DNA from: a virus
Lineage: Duplodnaviria > Heunggongvirae > Uroviricota > Caudoviricetes
DNA length: 64,000 bases
Reading direction: 5' to 3' (one strand)
IMG/VR virus record: IMGVR_UViG_3300030055_000004
Shown here: positions 31,608-40,867 of the stretch, piece after piece
Numbering within the stretch: the stretch's first letter is position 1
Layout: the number at the start of each line of letters is the position of its first letter
Position numbers and translations under genes: made by a program
The notes under the pieces: model-generated
The model's input: only the letters and a program-made list of their open reading frames with translations
Told to the model about the DNA's origin: nothing
Databases searched by the model: none

Positions 31608-32039
31608 TTATTCTGGAACTTGACTAACAGGTTGTATATCAATTTCACATCCTTCTAAATGACTACTAAATACTGCCCATGTATCACAAAGACTATTTCC
31701 TACATTTCCTTCATGACCTTTAACATGAACAAAACGAATATTGGGTGTTACTAATTTAAACATAATTGGCCAAAGATCAATATTTTTTTTCATTTTCCAA
31801 TTTTTAGTCATAGTACCTATAACATACATTGAATCTGTGAAAATAGTTATATTTTCAGTTATATTATTATCACGAATATATTCCATAGCTTTAATACAGC
31901 CATAAATTTCCATACGATTATTAGTAGTACTTACTAATCCATCATATTTAAGAACACGAGGTTCTATATCAATATAAAATGCCCATCCACCTTGATCTCT
32001 CGAAGATGAATAAGCACCATCTGAATATATATTAATCAT
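31608..32039 (-). CDS. rnh: ribonuclease H (type 1)
   Basis: 143 aa. IYSDGA...GGWAF, TTNNRMEIYG, TIFTDSMYV and HVKGHEGNVGNSLCD match the RNase HI catalytic motifs. Confidence 0.7.
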   Translation of the reverse strand: MINIYSDGAYSSSRDQGGWAFYIDIEPRVLKYDGLVSTTNNRMEIYGCIKAMEYIRDNNITENITIFTDSMYVIGTMTKNWKMKKNIDLWPIMFKLVTPNIRFVHVKGHEGNVGNSLCDTWAVFSSHLEGCEIDIQPVSQVPE

Positions 32040-32577
32040 GTCTCAAACTATTCCAAATTTCTGAACAATACATAATTTGATTTTTACAATCATCAATAGG
32101 ATTGTGAGGAACTCCAATAAAAACATGATTCTCTTTTACTTCTGGTTTAAAACTAACTAAAGTTCTAACATCACGTTCAAGAGTATATTTCCAAGGAATT
32201 TCTTTATAACCTGCAACATAATAAGCTTGGGCTAGAATACCTAAATCAAATCTATTACTATTACCCCATACTTTAAGATTAGCAGGATTTAAATTTGCAA
32301 TAAAATCTCTAAAGTTATGTAAAACTTCTGTAAGATTTTTAGGATCTTTAAAAAGTTCTTGTTGAGCTTCTTTCGATTGTCCAAACCACCATTCTAATGT
32401 TCCTCCTTGTATAAATAATCCCCTATCTAGACAAGATTGAATATCTATTTTTTCATAGAATTCATCTCCGGTTTCTCCGGTTTTAAGATCAAATAATACA
32501 GCTGCAACACTAGTTACAACACATCCAGCTTTATTACCTAATGTTTCAAGGTCTATCATTAAATTTGTTTTAGCCAT
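32032..32577 (-). CDS. DEDDh-family 3'-5' exonuclease
   Basis: 181 aa. Exo I motif MIDLETLG, and an H-x4-D motif in VPHNPIDDC. Confidence 0.55.
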   Translation of the reverse strand: MAKTNLMIDLETLGNKAGCVVTSVAAVLFDLKTGETGDEFYEKIDIQSCLDRGLFIQGGTLEWWFGQSKEAQQELFKDPKNLTEVLHNFRDFIANLNPANLKVWGNSNRFDLGILAQAYYVAGYKEIPWKYTLERDVRTLVSFKPEVKENHVFIGVPHNPIDDCKNQIMYCSEIWNSLRHD

Positions 32578-32938
32578 TTACTTTTTTATAAAGTTGTGAT
32601 ACTTCTTTACCATTGTAAAGTTCTGGATATTTTACTTTAAAGTAGTTCATGCAATCTTTCATTTCATTAAATTTATGAAGTATTAAGATAGCTTCAATTT
32701 CAATAGAAGTTAATTGTTTAGGGATAAACATCTCAAGAATTTCATTTTCACCTTCTACATGACATTCAATATTACTTTGAATTAATTTCTTAATTATCGC
32801 AATACATTCATCATCTGTAATAGAGGTTATTCGTTTAGGAGCTTTTTCAACTCTCTCAAATTCTCCCAGGACAACTCCCAGGAGAACTCGTGCTTCTTTA
32901 TAAGTATTACGATACTCAATAACTTGATCTTTTACCAT
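32570..32938 (-). CDS. hypothetical protein
   Basis: 122 aa ORF. Confidence 0.25.
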   Translation of the reverse strand: MVKDQVIEYRNTYKEARVLLGVVLGEFERVEKAPKRITSITDDECIAIIKKLIQSNIECHVEGENEILEMFIPKQLTSIEIEAILILHKFNEMKDCMNYFKVKYPELYNGKEVSQLYKKVNG

Positions 32939-33215
32939 AATGATATAGTATAGTTAGGATTAGATTGCATAATTACAAATAATCTACCTTGAGATCGTTT
33001 TGATAAACATCCAGTTAATAATTTGAAGAATTTATCTTTTTGATCCAATTTATAAACTTTTACATAAGAATTTTTCTCTTTAACTACTTCTCCTAAACAT
33101 TCTTTCAATTGTCTACCAAAATTGCCTACACCATATCCACAATAGTTGATATAGATTGCACTTTCTGAAGTTAAGTTAATTTCTCCTGTTTCATTGTATA
33201 TTTGTATCTGCATAA

Positions 33216-33575
33216 TTATTCAGCAAAGAAATCAGGTTGAAAATATTTCAATGAACGTTCATTCATTTTCAGTAAAAGATCACCTAAACTGAATGGAACT
33301 GCTTTGAGATAGAAATCTTCTAGTGTATCTTCATCAACACAAGCAACTAAATCAGCACGTAATAAAGCTAATTCTAATGCTTTTTCTTTGTTGAATTTAT
33401 CTTTCTTGTCACACAATGCCCAACCCATTACACTTGGACCAGTAGCAACTACTACACCTATTGCAGTTTTAACTTCATTAATTTTAGCAACTGGACCTAA
33501 TTTAGTATAATCAATAAAAGGAACGAGTTTTGTTTTATACAAATACTCAATAAGAATTTTTTTGTTTTCACACAT
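33216..33575 (-). CDS. hypothetical protein
   Basis: 119 aa ORF. Confidence 0.25.
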   Translation of the reverse strand: MCENKKILIEYLYKTKLVPFIDYTKLGPVAKINEVKTAIGVVVATGPSVMGWALCDKKDKFNKEKALELALLRADLVACVDEDTLEDFYLKAVPFSLGDLLLKMNERSLKYFQPDFFAE

Positions 33576-33587
33576 AATTTTTATTTT

Positions 33588-33932
33588 TTAATTGTTGTTA
33601 TAATTATTTAATGTATTTACAACCCATTCTCCAAATGTATCTTGAATTAATCCAGGATCATCTGTTTTAATGTATTGTAATCTACCCCATCCTTTTACAA
33701 GGATAATTTTTCTGTCACCATAAAATATTTCACCATCTTTAATAGAAAATAAAAGATTTTTAAAATTAAATTCTAAACCTTTTTCTCCATTTAAGATTTG
33801 TATAAGTACTGTTTTAGATTTTTCATCTACACGGCCAATCCACATCAAACACATATTACTTTCACTATCATAGATATATGGATCCCAATCTTTAAATGGT
33901 AGTTTATAATATTTACTTAAAAATTCATTCAT
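33588..33932 (-). CDS. hypothetical protein
   Basis: 114 aa ORF. Confidence 0.25.
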   Translation of the reverse strand: MNEFLSKYYKLPFKDWDPYIYDSESNMCLMWIGRVDEKSKTVLIQILNGEKGLEFNFKNLLFSIKDGEIFYGDRKIILVKGWGRLQYIKTDDPGLIQDTFGEWVVNTLNNYNNN

Positions 33933-34324
33933 TAGTCAATTTTTTGATAATAGTTTAATAATTCTATACGTTTAGTATCAAATTCTTCTTTAGTGATAAG
34001 TTTGAAATTATCATTTTTACTAGTTAGAATATCTAATCCTTTATTTCTTAAACCTTTATAATCTAAAAAATAATCATCTTTACAATCACTTGTTGGATGA
34101 AAATCAGTATAATCTTGTTTATTTTGCCTAACCTGAATTAAATCATAAGTATGTCCACCAGGATATCTAGGAATAAATGCAAATAGAATTAATCCTTCTG
34201 CAAAAAAACATCCATCATCTGTATATGCATAATATGCAGCTTCATCTGGAAGATCAACTTCTTTTTCAATTGTATTTACTGTTGTTGTTATTTTATTAAC
34301 AGCTATTTTTATGATTTCTTTCAT
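33932..34324 (-). CDS. hypothetical protein
   Basis: 130 aa ORF. Confidence 0.25.
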   Translation of the reverse strand: MKEIIKIAVNKITTTVNTIEKEVDLPDEAAYYAYTDDGCFFAEGLILFAFIPRYPGGHTYDLIQVRQNKQDYTDFHPTSDCKDDYFLDYKGLRNKGLDILTSKNDNFKLITKEEFDTKRIELLNYYQKID

Positions 34325-35071
34325 AACTATTCAACGTTTTCTCTTAATGATAATAAGTCTTTAATTAAAGTTACATAAGCACTTCTTTTTGAAAGCTCTT
34401 CTTTATTTTTGGAATAATCAATAGATTTAATATCCCACATATATTCACCACAACATTCACAAATACAATTATAATTAAATAATTTGAATTTTCTTCTTTC
34501 AACTTTATATAAAGCTAATAAACGTGGTGTAGGTAATTTTTCTAATTCTTCTTTTGATTTAGGTTCTAATATTTTCATATAACTTGATTAATTGTATCTA
34601 AAATAGATTGTTTATCAATTACTGAAAAGTCTGTAACATCTCCACTATACATTTTAGACTTAGCATTTTCAGCAGCTAATTTAAGAAGTTGTTTTCCAAA
34701 ATCTATATAAGATTCTCTTAAATGTGATTTAAATAAATTAATCATATTATCACCATCATCATCTATATAATCATGGACAGCTATATCTTTAATTATTTCT
34801 TCTATATTTATTGTTTTCTCCATTTATTCAAATTGAAATCCAATTTCTTTTAATTTATTATATACTTTACTACCACCATAATAATAAACATAAGCATTAA
34901 ATACAATTTGATTATCTATTTCAGTTTCAATTGGTTCACCATAGTGTTCTAAATCTGATGTTATTATAACATCTTCATTATGTAATAATCGTTTACATAA
35001 ACGTATTTCTTTTTTCTTTTCAATTTTAGTAAATATTTCAAATACTAAATCACCTTCCAATGTTAAATGTT

Positions 35072-35356
35072 TCATATTATTTCTCCTTTATCAATTTCTA
35101 TTTGTCTGTCATATCTAATTAAACTCTTTAAAATAAGATTTTTTACATCTTTCTTTCCAAGATTAGAGTTTTCTATATTACCGAGAACTTCAAATACAAA
35201 ATTTGATTTTACAGATGTAACTAATTTTCCAAATAATAAAAATTGTTTCTTTATTCGTTCAATTGTATCATCATAAAACTTAGTTGTAGTAAAACAATAT
35301 TCATCAGTACATATTTCATATTGGAATTTTCTTCCATCAATAACAATATCTTTCAT
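35072..35356 (-). CDS. hypothetical protein
   Basis: 94 aa, first gene downstream of the tRNA operon terminator. Confidence 0.25.
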   Translation of the reverse strand: MKDIVIDGRKFQYEICTDEYCFTTTKFYDDTIERIKKQFLLFGKLVTSVKSNFVFEVLGNIENSNLGKKDVKNLILKSLIRYDRQIEIDKGEII

Positions 35357-35378
35357 ATTTTATATTTTAAATTAGACG

Positions 35379-35409
35379 AAAAAAAGCCACCTCAATTAAG
35401 AAGTGGCTC
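35379..35409 (-). terminator. rho-independent terminator
   Basis: Stem AGCCACCTC / GAGGTGGCT with loop AATTAA. On the minus strand it is followed by a T run (the A run at 35379-35385 on plus). Lies just downstream of tRNA-Arg. Confidence 0.6.
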
Positions 35410-35462
35410 TTTATATTTTTATTGTACCCGGGCCGAGAATCAAACTCGGATTTGAACGTTAG

Positions 35463-35535
35463 TATGCAAGCTGCGAATCGAACGCAGGACACTCGGTTTA
35501 GAAAACCGATGCTCTATCCCCTGAGCTACAAGCAC
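35463..35535 (-). tRNA. tRNA-Arg(TCT)
   Basis: Cloverleaf with D-arm GCTC/GAGC, anticodon stem TCGGT/ACCGA, loop TTTCTAA, T-arm CTGCG-TTCGATT-CGCAG. The acceptor stem has U•U at 5-68 and 6-67. Confidence 0.6.
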
Positions 35536-35538
35536 ATA

Positions 35539-36126
35539 TTACTTATCTTTAGGATAGCGAAATTCATTTCTTGCACTATTCTTATTCTTTGATTTAAATG
35601 TATCTAATTGAGAATCACAGTTAGGACAAATACACCTATAATTTTCTCTAATGTTATTTGCTGCATCTCCATCAATATGATCTAATATTAAAACTAAATG
35701 TTTATTATTCCATACAGAATCCATCCCACAAATTGCACATTTATTACCTTGTTCTTTAAGAATAAAAGGTTTTACAGTAGTAATACTATAATTACCTCTT
35801 TGATATTCTTTTGGAGAAGTAAGAAAATAATCATATAATTCTTTAGATTGAAATTCTTTTTGACATGTAATTCCACAATATTTTCTTTGAGTAGTTGTAT
35901 CTAAAGGTTTTCCACAATTTACACAAACTAAATCAGCATATTTATTTACACCTTTTCTAAATGTTTCAGATTCATTTATCTTTCTACGTTGTGGTAATTC
36001 AATTCCAAATTTTTTAGCAACTTTTCTTATATTTGAACCAGTGCAACCATAAGTTAAACCAATTGTATTATAAGGGATATTTTGTACTAAAATTAACTCC
36101 TCTAATTCTTCTTTTATATATTCCAT
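35539..36126 (-). CDS. HNH homing endonuclease
   Basis: 195 aa. C-terminal CAICG...HLVLILDHIDGDAANNIRENYRCICPNCD HNH motif with zinc-finger cysteines. Confidence 0.6.
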   Translation of the reverse strand: MEYIKEELEELILVQNIPYNTIGLTYGCTGSNIRKVAKKFGIELPQRRKINESETFRKGVNKYADLVCVNCGKPLDTTTQRKYCGITCQKEFQSKELYDYFLTSPKEYQRGNYSITTVKPFILKEQGNKCAICGMDSVWNNKHLVLILDHIDGDAANNIRENYRCICPNCDSQLDTFKSKNKNSARNEFRYPKDK

Positions 36127-36244
36127 TTTTATTAATTATTTATACTACAAAGGTACAAATAATTTTTGATATAAAATAGTTTGAATTAGTTAATTTATGT
36201 TAAAAGTGTACTGTTCTATTCAGTTGAACTATCCAGGCATTTAG

Positions 36245-36315
36245 CAAGTACACTAGGATTCGAGCCTAGATCAGGAGTTTTGGAGACTCTTATGCTACCA
36301 TTGAATCATATACCT
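36245..36315 (-). tRNA. tRNA-Trp(CCA)-like (atypical)
   Basis: Anticodon loop CTCCAAA (as in E. coli tRNA-Trp), T-arm CTAGG-CTCGAAT-CCTAG. The D-arm is weak, the anticodon stem has 4 bp plus an A:C mismatch, and the acceptor stem has two G•U pairs. Confidence 0.4.
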
Positions 36316-36318
36316 ATT

Positions 36319-36738
36319 TTAATTAATATCACATATTAAAGCTTTTCTTTTTTCACAAACTCCATAATAAAATTTAAGATTTTTTAATCCTCTCAAATAA
36401 ACATTTTGTCTTTGTGTATCATCCCAATGAATTACAATTTTTGATTTTATAGTTTTATCTGTAATCCAATAATTTGGTTTATTTTTAATATATTCAATAA
36501 AATGTTTAATACAATTTTTTGCCCATATTAAACTCTTTAATCCATCTTTTCCAGTTACTTTTAAAAATTGATAACCTTCTTTTCTTTTACCAATTTGTAA
36601 TTTAACATAATACCAATCACATTTATTAGTACTATCACATTCTAATTCTAAAAAAAGAATTTGACCTGCTTCATTTTTAGTAATATAATAATAAATATCT
36701 TTATATTTATTATTAGGTTTTAATACAATTTCATACAT
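36319..36738 (-). CDS. hypothetical protein
   Basis: 139 aa ORF between two tRNAs. Confidence 0.25.
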   Translation of the reverse strand: MYEIVLKPNNKYKDIYYYITKNEAGQILFLELECDSTNKCDWYYVKLQIGKRKEGYQFLKVTGKDGLKSLIWAKNCIKHFIEYIKNKPNYWITDKTIKSKIVIHWDDTQRQNVYLRGLKNLKFYYGVCEKRKALICDIN

Positions 36739-36752
36739 ATTATTAATTTTTG

Positions 36753-36835
36753 TACATATAGCAGGACTCGAACCTGCACGCCCCTACGAGCATCGGAGTC
36801 TAAACCCGATATGTCTACCATTCCATCATATACGC
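36753..36835 (-). tRNA. tRNA-Leu(TAG)
   Basis: Type II tRNA. Anticodon stem TCGGG/TCCGA, loop TTTAGAC, long variable arm, T-arm GCAGG-TTCGAGT-CCTGC. Confidence 0.55.
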
Positions 36836-36840
36836 ATTTG

Positions 36841-36913
36841 AGCCAAAGGTGGGGCACGATCCCACAACCCTCTCATTACAAGTGAGATACTCTACCAATT
36901 GAGCTACTTCGGC
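36841..36913 (-). tRNA. tRNA-Thr(TGT)
   Basis: Acceptor GCCGAAG/CTTTGGC, D-arm GCTC-AATTGGTA-GAGT, anticodon stem TCTCA/TGAGA, loop CTTGTAA. Confidence 0.65.
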
Positions 36914-37049
36914 AATTTTAGAGGGTCACTATTAACCTCTTTGATGTTGTTTCTTCTTATTCGTACACGTGTTTGAAATTCAGACTGGACTACATTTCTT
37001 TACCAGATAGTTTTAAATATATAAGACTAATGAAAACCTATATATCTTG

Positions 37050-37136
37050 CGGAGAGTACCGGATTCGAACCGATGTGCCCTGTTACAGGCCACTAGTTTA
37101 GCAAACTAGCACGATAAACCACTCTGCCAACTCTCC
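37050..37136 (-). tRNA. tRNA-Ser(GCT)
   Basis: Perfect acceptor GGAGAGT/ACTCTCC, anticodon stem CTAGT/ACTAG, loop TTGCTAA, long variable arm, T-arm ATCGG-TTCGAAT-CCGGT. Confidence 0.7.
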
Positions 37137-37438
37137 AATACATTACTTATGTTGCATATGATAGTGTTTAACTCTCAAATCAACTTTACTTTGTTTTAAT
37201 TTACTATTAGCAAATAAGTTATAAACAGGTTCTTCTAATATGTGATGAATAACATATATAGGAAAATTTAATATATCTATACCAATACAATATTTAACTA
37301 TCATATTTTTCTTGCAAATTTATGAATCAACCATCCAAAAACTAAAACAGCCCCTATTATAATTCCAATAATAATTCCAATTCCTATTTTAAACATTATT
37401 TTTTAATTTACGTTTTTGACCATGATATTTAATTTCAA

Positions 37439-37714
37439 TCATAAATATTCATAAGTGACCTTCTTTTTTTTTCCAATCATCTCCATATGATAAACCGCAT
37501 TAATAGGTCTATCTTCAATTATACAAACTCCATTCCCAATATAATTATACGATCTTGCATACATTTTATCATTGGTGGAATCTCTAATACATATTTCTTT
37601 ACCTTTTAAATACTGCCAATTAATTATAACATCATTACATAATTGATGAAAACTTCCTTGAACTATTTGCATATTATTTAATTTTTGGGTGAAAGGTGGG
37701 ATTCGAACCCACAT
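37439..37714 (-). CDS. hypothetical protein
   Basis: 91 aa. Its 5' end overlaps the tRNA-His 3' region. Confidence 0.2.
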   Translation of the reverse strand: MWVRIPPFTQKLNNMQIVQGSFHQLCNDVIINWQYLKGKEICIRDSTNDKMYARSYNYIGNGVCIIEDRPINAVYHMEMIGKKKKVTYEYL

Positions 37715-37775
37715 TAGTCATTACAACATTCCTGATTCACAATCAGGTCGGCATCCCTTACCGGCTACAATCACC
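37688..37775 (-). tRNA. tRNA-His(GTG) with extra G-1 and a long variable insertion
   Basis: Anticodon stem CCTGA/TCAGG, loop TTGTGAA, T-arm GTGGG-TTCGAAT-CCCAC, G-1:C73. The acceptor stem has U•U at 5-68 and 6-67. An about 19 nt insert sits in the variable region and the D-arm is weak. Confidence 0.5.
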
Positions 37776-37785
37776 ATATAAAAAG

Positions 37786-37868
37786 TGGGACATGATGGAG
37801 TCGAACCACCCGAGTCCGAAGACAACTGCTTTACAGGCAGTCCCGCTACCCCTACGGTATAACATCCC
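37786..37868 (-). tRNA. tRNA-Tyr(GTA)
   Basis: Type II tRNA. Anticodon stem CTGC/GCAG, loop CTGTAAA, variable-arm hairpin GTCTTCGGAC, T-loop TTCGACT. Confidence 0.55.
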
Positions 37869-38168
37869 ATATAATAGTCTTTCCTATCAGTCATACTTCC
37901 TTTAAATTCTGTTTAGATAATTCATCCTAACGGCAAAGCAGTATTGTATAAACCAGTATTCTTTAAAATTATGCTTGTACCGGAGTATTAGCTTCTTTAA
38001 TTTTTTCAGCAATTTTAGTATTAACTGCTTTTAAATTTGCTTGTGCTTGTTCAACTGTAACTATTTGATCATAAGCTAATGCTTTTAAATCATTTAATGA
38101 CATTGTATCAAGATTTACTTGTTGTTCATTCATTGTTTTAATTTTGACTATTATTTATCTCTTTTTAT

Positions 38169-38645
38169 TTATCTTACATTTATAATATTACTAAGTGTAC
38201 CTTTACTACTAATATTATATTTTAACATTAAATCTTTATAAGAATATCCAGAGTCACGATCAGCTTTAATTTCTATAACTAATTCATCTGAATATTTTTT
38301 ATGTGCATTAGAAGCTTTATTAATTCTTATTTCTTTAGATTGATCCATCATATTATCACTATGTGTACCTATTTTAAGATTATCCCAAGAATTATTTAAA
38401 GAATTACTATCCATATGTCGAATCATTATATTTTCTTTATAAATTTCTTCTCCAAATTTTTGATATGCTTGTAATCTATGTACTCTAACTTTAATAGTTT
38501 TACCTAGTAATTTTGTACTAATAGTTTTATAACCATTATTAATTGTGCCTAATAAAATTTTTCCAGATTTACTAATGCATGTACCATCTTTTTCAACTTT
38601 GTACCCTAAATCAAAAAGTACTTTTTCATAATATGTATATTCCAT
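38169..38645 (-). CDS. HNH (HNH_3 / AP2-type) homing endonuclease
   Basis: 158 aa. ...KVRVHRLQAYQKFG... and ...IRHMDSNSLNNSWDNLKIGTHSDN... are typical of phage HNH_3 endonucleases. Confidence 0.5.
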   Translation of the reverse strand: MEYTYYEKVLFDLGYKVEKDGTCISKSGKILLGTINNGYKTISTKLLGKTIKVRVHRLQAYQKFGEEIYKENIMIRHMDSNSLNNSWDNLKIGTHSDNMMDQSKEIRINKASNAHKKYSDELVIEIKADRDSGYSYKDLMLKYNISSKGTLSNIINVR

Positions 38646-38658
38646 ATAATAATTTAAG

Positions 38659-38741
38659 CGGAAGAAGTAGGTCCCGACCCCAAGATGTTTCCGTCCGTAC
38701 AGATTTCAAGTCTGTCTTGCTACCTAAGCAATTCATCTTCC
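38659..38741 (-). tRNA. tRNA-Ser(TGA)-like with aberrant T-arm
   Basis: Acceptor GGAAGAT, D-arm TTGC/GCAA, anticodon stem ACAGA/TCTGT, loop CTTGAAA, long variable arm. The T-arm region (GGGGTCGGGACCTAC) does not form a canonical TΨC stem-loop. Confidence 0.4.
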
Positions 38742-38820
38742 ATTAACGAGATTGCTTTGAACCTCTAAAGTCAACCTATATTGATACATATAGGATTTTA
38801 GTCTTTCTGGAGAAAGAATA

Positions 38821-39276
38821 TTATTTTTTAACTATATTTAAAATATCATAAAATTTACACCATTTTCTTATAGCATTATCTGTAACACCATAAAATTTAC
38901 CAACAGCAACAAATGAAATTAATTCTTTAAATTTAGATATAAGTTCTTCAGAAGTAGGTCTTTTACTACCATTAATTTTGTGTGAACATTCTTGAGAACA
39001 ACATTTATTTTTTCTAGATTTACCAATTAATTCTTTATTACAGTATAAGCAATATTTAGGAATAATTTCTTTAATTTCTTTAACTTTAATTTCTTTAATT
39101 ATTTCAATTGGAATAATATTTTCATTCACAATAAGACTTTCTTCTTTTTTACCTTTACCTCTATAATTATCAGTAAAAGCGTGACAATTAGGGCATAACA
39201 TTTGTAAATTTTCAATACAATGATTAGTATTTACTCCATCAATATGATGTAATTCTAAAGGAATAGGTTCTTCCAT
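38821..39276 (-). CDS. HNH endonuclease, C-terminal portion (split gene)
   Basis: Contains ELHHIDGVNTNHCIENLQMLCPNCHAF. It directly abuts the upstream ORF 39277..39606, which encodes the N-terminal part. Confidence 0.55.
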   Translation of the reverse strand: MEEPIPLELHHIDGVNTNHCIENLQMLCPNCHAFTDNYRGKGKKEESLIVNENIIPIEIIKEIKVKEIKEIIPKYCLYCNKELIGKSRKNKCCSQECSHKINGSKRPTSEELISKFKELISFVAVGKFYGVTDNAIRKWCKFYDILNIVKK

Positions 39277-39606
39277 TCATTCAGTATTATTACATTTTTC
39301 ACATCTATATTCCTTAATACCTTCTTTTAATAATCTTTTATTTAATTTTGATGTAGAAAAAGTAGAATAAGATACTAAAATTTCTTCAATTGGTTGGGCA
39401 AATTTAATTTGTGTATATCTTAATCCAACATTCCATACTTGCCCAGTAAAATGATCTGTATTTAAATCATATTCTTTAATTTTAGCATGAATTGTTTTGT
39501 AATTTCCTCCAACTGCTTTTAATCCTATTTGTCGGCATACTCCAGCAATAGATAAATTTTCTTTTACTGCAATTCTAATTTGTTCTTCTGTGTACTTAGT
39601 TCTCAT
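39277..39606 (-). CDS. HNH endonuclease N-terminal fragment (HTH-like)
   Basis: 109 aa, contiguous with 38821..39276. This is probably one endonuclease gene disrupted by a stop or frameshift. Confidence 0.35.
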   Translation of the reverse strand: MRTKYTEEQIRIAVKENLSIAGVCRQIGLKAVGGNYKTIHAKIKEYDLNTDHFTGQVWNVGLRYTQIKFAQPIEEILVSYSTFSTSKLNKRLLKEGIKEYRCEKCNNTE

Positions 39607-39688
39607 TTTTATAATTATTTAATACACAAAGGTACTAAATAATTTTGAGTCTACCAAATCGAATTATGTTAAAATATATTAAAAATAG

Positions 39689-39770
39689 TACCCGTAGCAG
39701 GAGTCCAACCTGCACGCTTTTAGGCGCTCCCGCTTAAAAGGAGTGTGTCTAGCATTTCACCATACGGGTA
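39689..39770 (-). tRNA. tRNA-Leu(TAA)
   Basis: Type II tRNA. Perfect acceptor ACCCGTA/TACGGGT, anticodon stem CTCCT/GGGAG, loop TTTAAGC, T-arm GCAGG-TTGGACT-CCTGC. Confidence 0.6.
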
Positions 39771-39823
39771 TTAATTGATTATTTTATATATAATCATAGT
39801 TTTAAGAACCATTCGTTCTTTGT

Positions 39824-39894
39824 TGTCCCATCTAGATTCGAACTAGAGCTATTTGAGTCAAAGTCAAATGTGTTAGACCACTACACTATGGAAC
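39824..39894 (-). tRNA. tRNA-Gln(TTG)
   Basis: Acceptor GTTCCAT/ATGGGAC, anticodon stem TTTGA/TCAAA, loop CTTTGAC, T-arm TCTAG-TTCGAAT-CTAGA. Confidence 0.65.
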
Positions 39895-40162
39895 AATATT
39901 ATTTTTCTATGCAGTAAGTGCTTAGACTTGCCTATCATACCTATCAGAATCATTTAATCTGGCACTAATCTTGGTTAGAAAAATTTAATTTAAAGGTACT
40001 GAATATCTTAACCCACCAGTACAGTCTCAATTCAATTGTATCGCTGTATACGAATACCTTCATGAGGATGGAAGAATTGCTCACACGTTACCTTTATATT
40101 GTAAGAATATCATCATTAGAAATACAATAAATTGTATTTCATCACACTACTATATTCTTGAG

Positions 40163-40233
40163 CGGGAAGTGTAGGAATCGAACCTACGCCTATTGATTAA
40201 CAGTCAACTGCTCGACCTTCGAGCTAACAACCC
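40163..40233 (-). tRNA. tRNA-Asn(GTT)
   Basis: D-arm GCTC/GAGC, anticodon loop CTGTTAA, T-arm GTAGG-TTCGATT-CCTAC. The acceptor stem has U•U at 4-69 and 5-68. Confidence 0.55.
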
Positions 40234-40356
40234 AGTTTATAATTTTTGCTTACCATCGCTTCACTGTTAAAATTACAAAAATACATCAGTTACCATTATC
40301 GTTGTTTCTGCATCAACGCTTCATCCGAAGAGGTCTATAGTCGGTTACTATAACTG

Positions 40357-40430
40357 AGCGATAAGTGGGTCTCCAACCCACAACCTCCGACTTGGAAGGA
40401 CGGCACTCTAAGCAATTGAGCTATTATCGC
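40357..40430 (-). tRNA. tRNA-Gly(TCC)
   Basis: Perfect acceptor GCGATAA/TTATCGC. Anticodon loop CTTCCAA with one U•U in the anticodon stem. The T-loop TTGGAGA lacks the conserved C56. Confidence 0.5.
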
Positions 40431-40543
40431 ATTTTAATTTAATACTATATCAGGGGTTTTCTATTGTACATTTAGCGAGCTCCCTTATACACATCATGAC
40501 TAAATTCATGTTATTTCCATTTTACAGAAACTATAATATTAAA

Positions 40544-40867
40544 TTATTTTATTAGTTGTAATCTATCAAAGATTAAACCATTATTTTCTATTGCTATGGC
40601 TGTAATTGTGCCACATAAATCTGGTTCATGAAATTCAGAAAATGTATATCCATTGTTTGCTAACTTTGGAATCCATTCATCTAAATTTGCTGATAAAAAG
40701 AATAAATAGTTGTTATTCCATTCTTGTGTTTCTTTATTATCAAGGAGGAATTGTGCTACTGCATGTGCTCCTTGGACACATCCATATACGCTATTTAATC
40801 TATTATTAATTAATACGTATAGTTTTCTTTCTTCTACTTGTTCCATTATTATTATTATTTTGTGCAC
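40544..40867 (-). CDS. peptidyl-tRNA hydrolase, PTH2 family
   Basis: 107 aa. KLYVLINNRLNSVYGCVQGAHAVAQF aligns with the PTH2 core K.[24 protein letters not shown]. A downstream ...GTITAIAIENNGL segment is also conserved. Confidence 0.5.
   Translation of the reverse strand: MHKIIIIMEQVEERKLYVLINNRLNSVYGCVQGAHAVAQFLLDNKETQEWNNNYLFFLSANLDEWIPKLANNGYTFSEFHEPDLCGTITAIAIENNGLIFDRLQLIK

Noticed and set aside
35431-35449. Possible second tRNA downstream of tRNA-Arg(TCT), from hairpin CCGAG-TTTGATT-CTCGG and a nearby TTCAAATCC
   Set aside because: It is not flanked by D- or T-arms or an acceptor stem in either orientation. Most likely it is an isolated hairpin in the tRNA operon 3' trailer.
37696-37905. 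Plus-strand 69-aa ORF
   Set aside because: It overlaps the tRNA-His and tRNA-Tyr genes on the opposite strand, so a chance open frame is more likely than a protein-coding gene.
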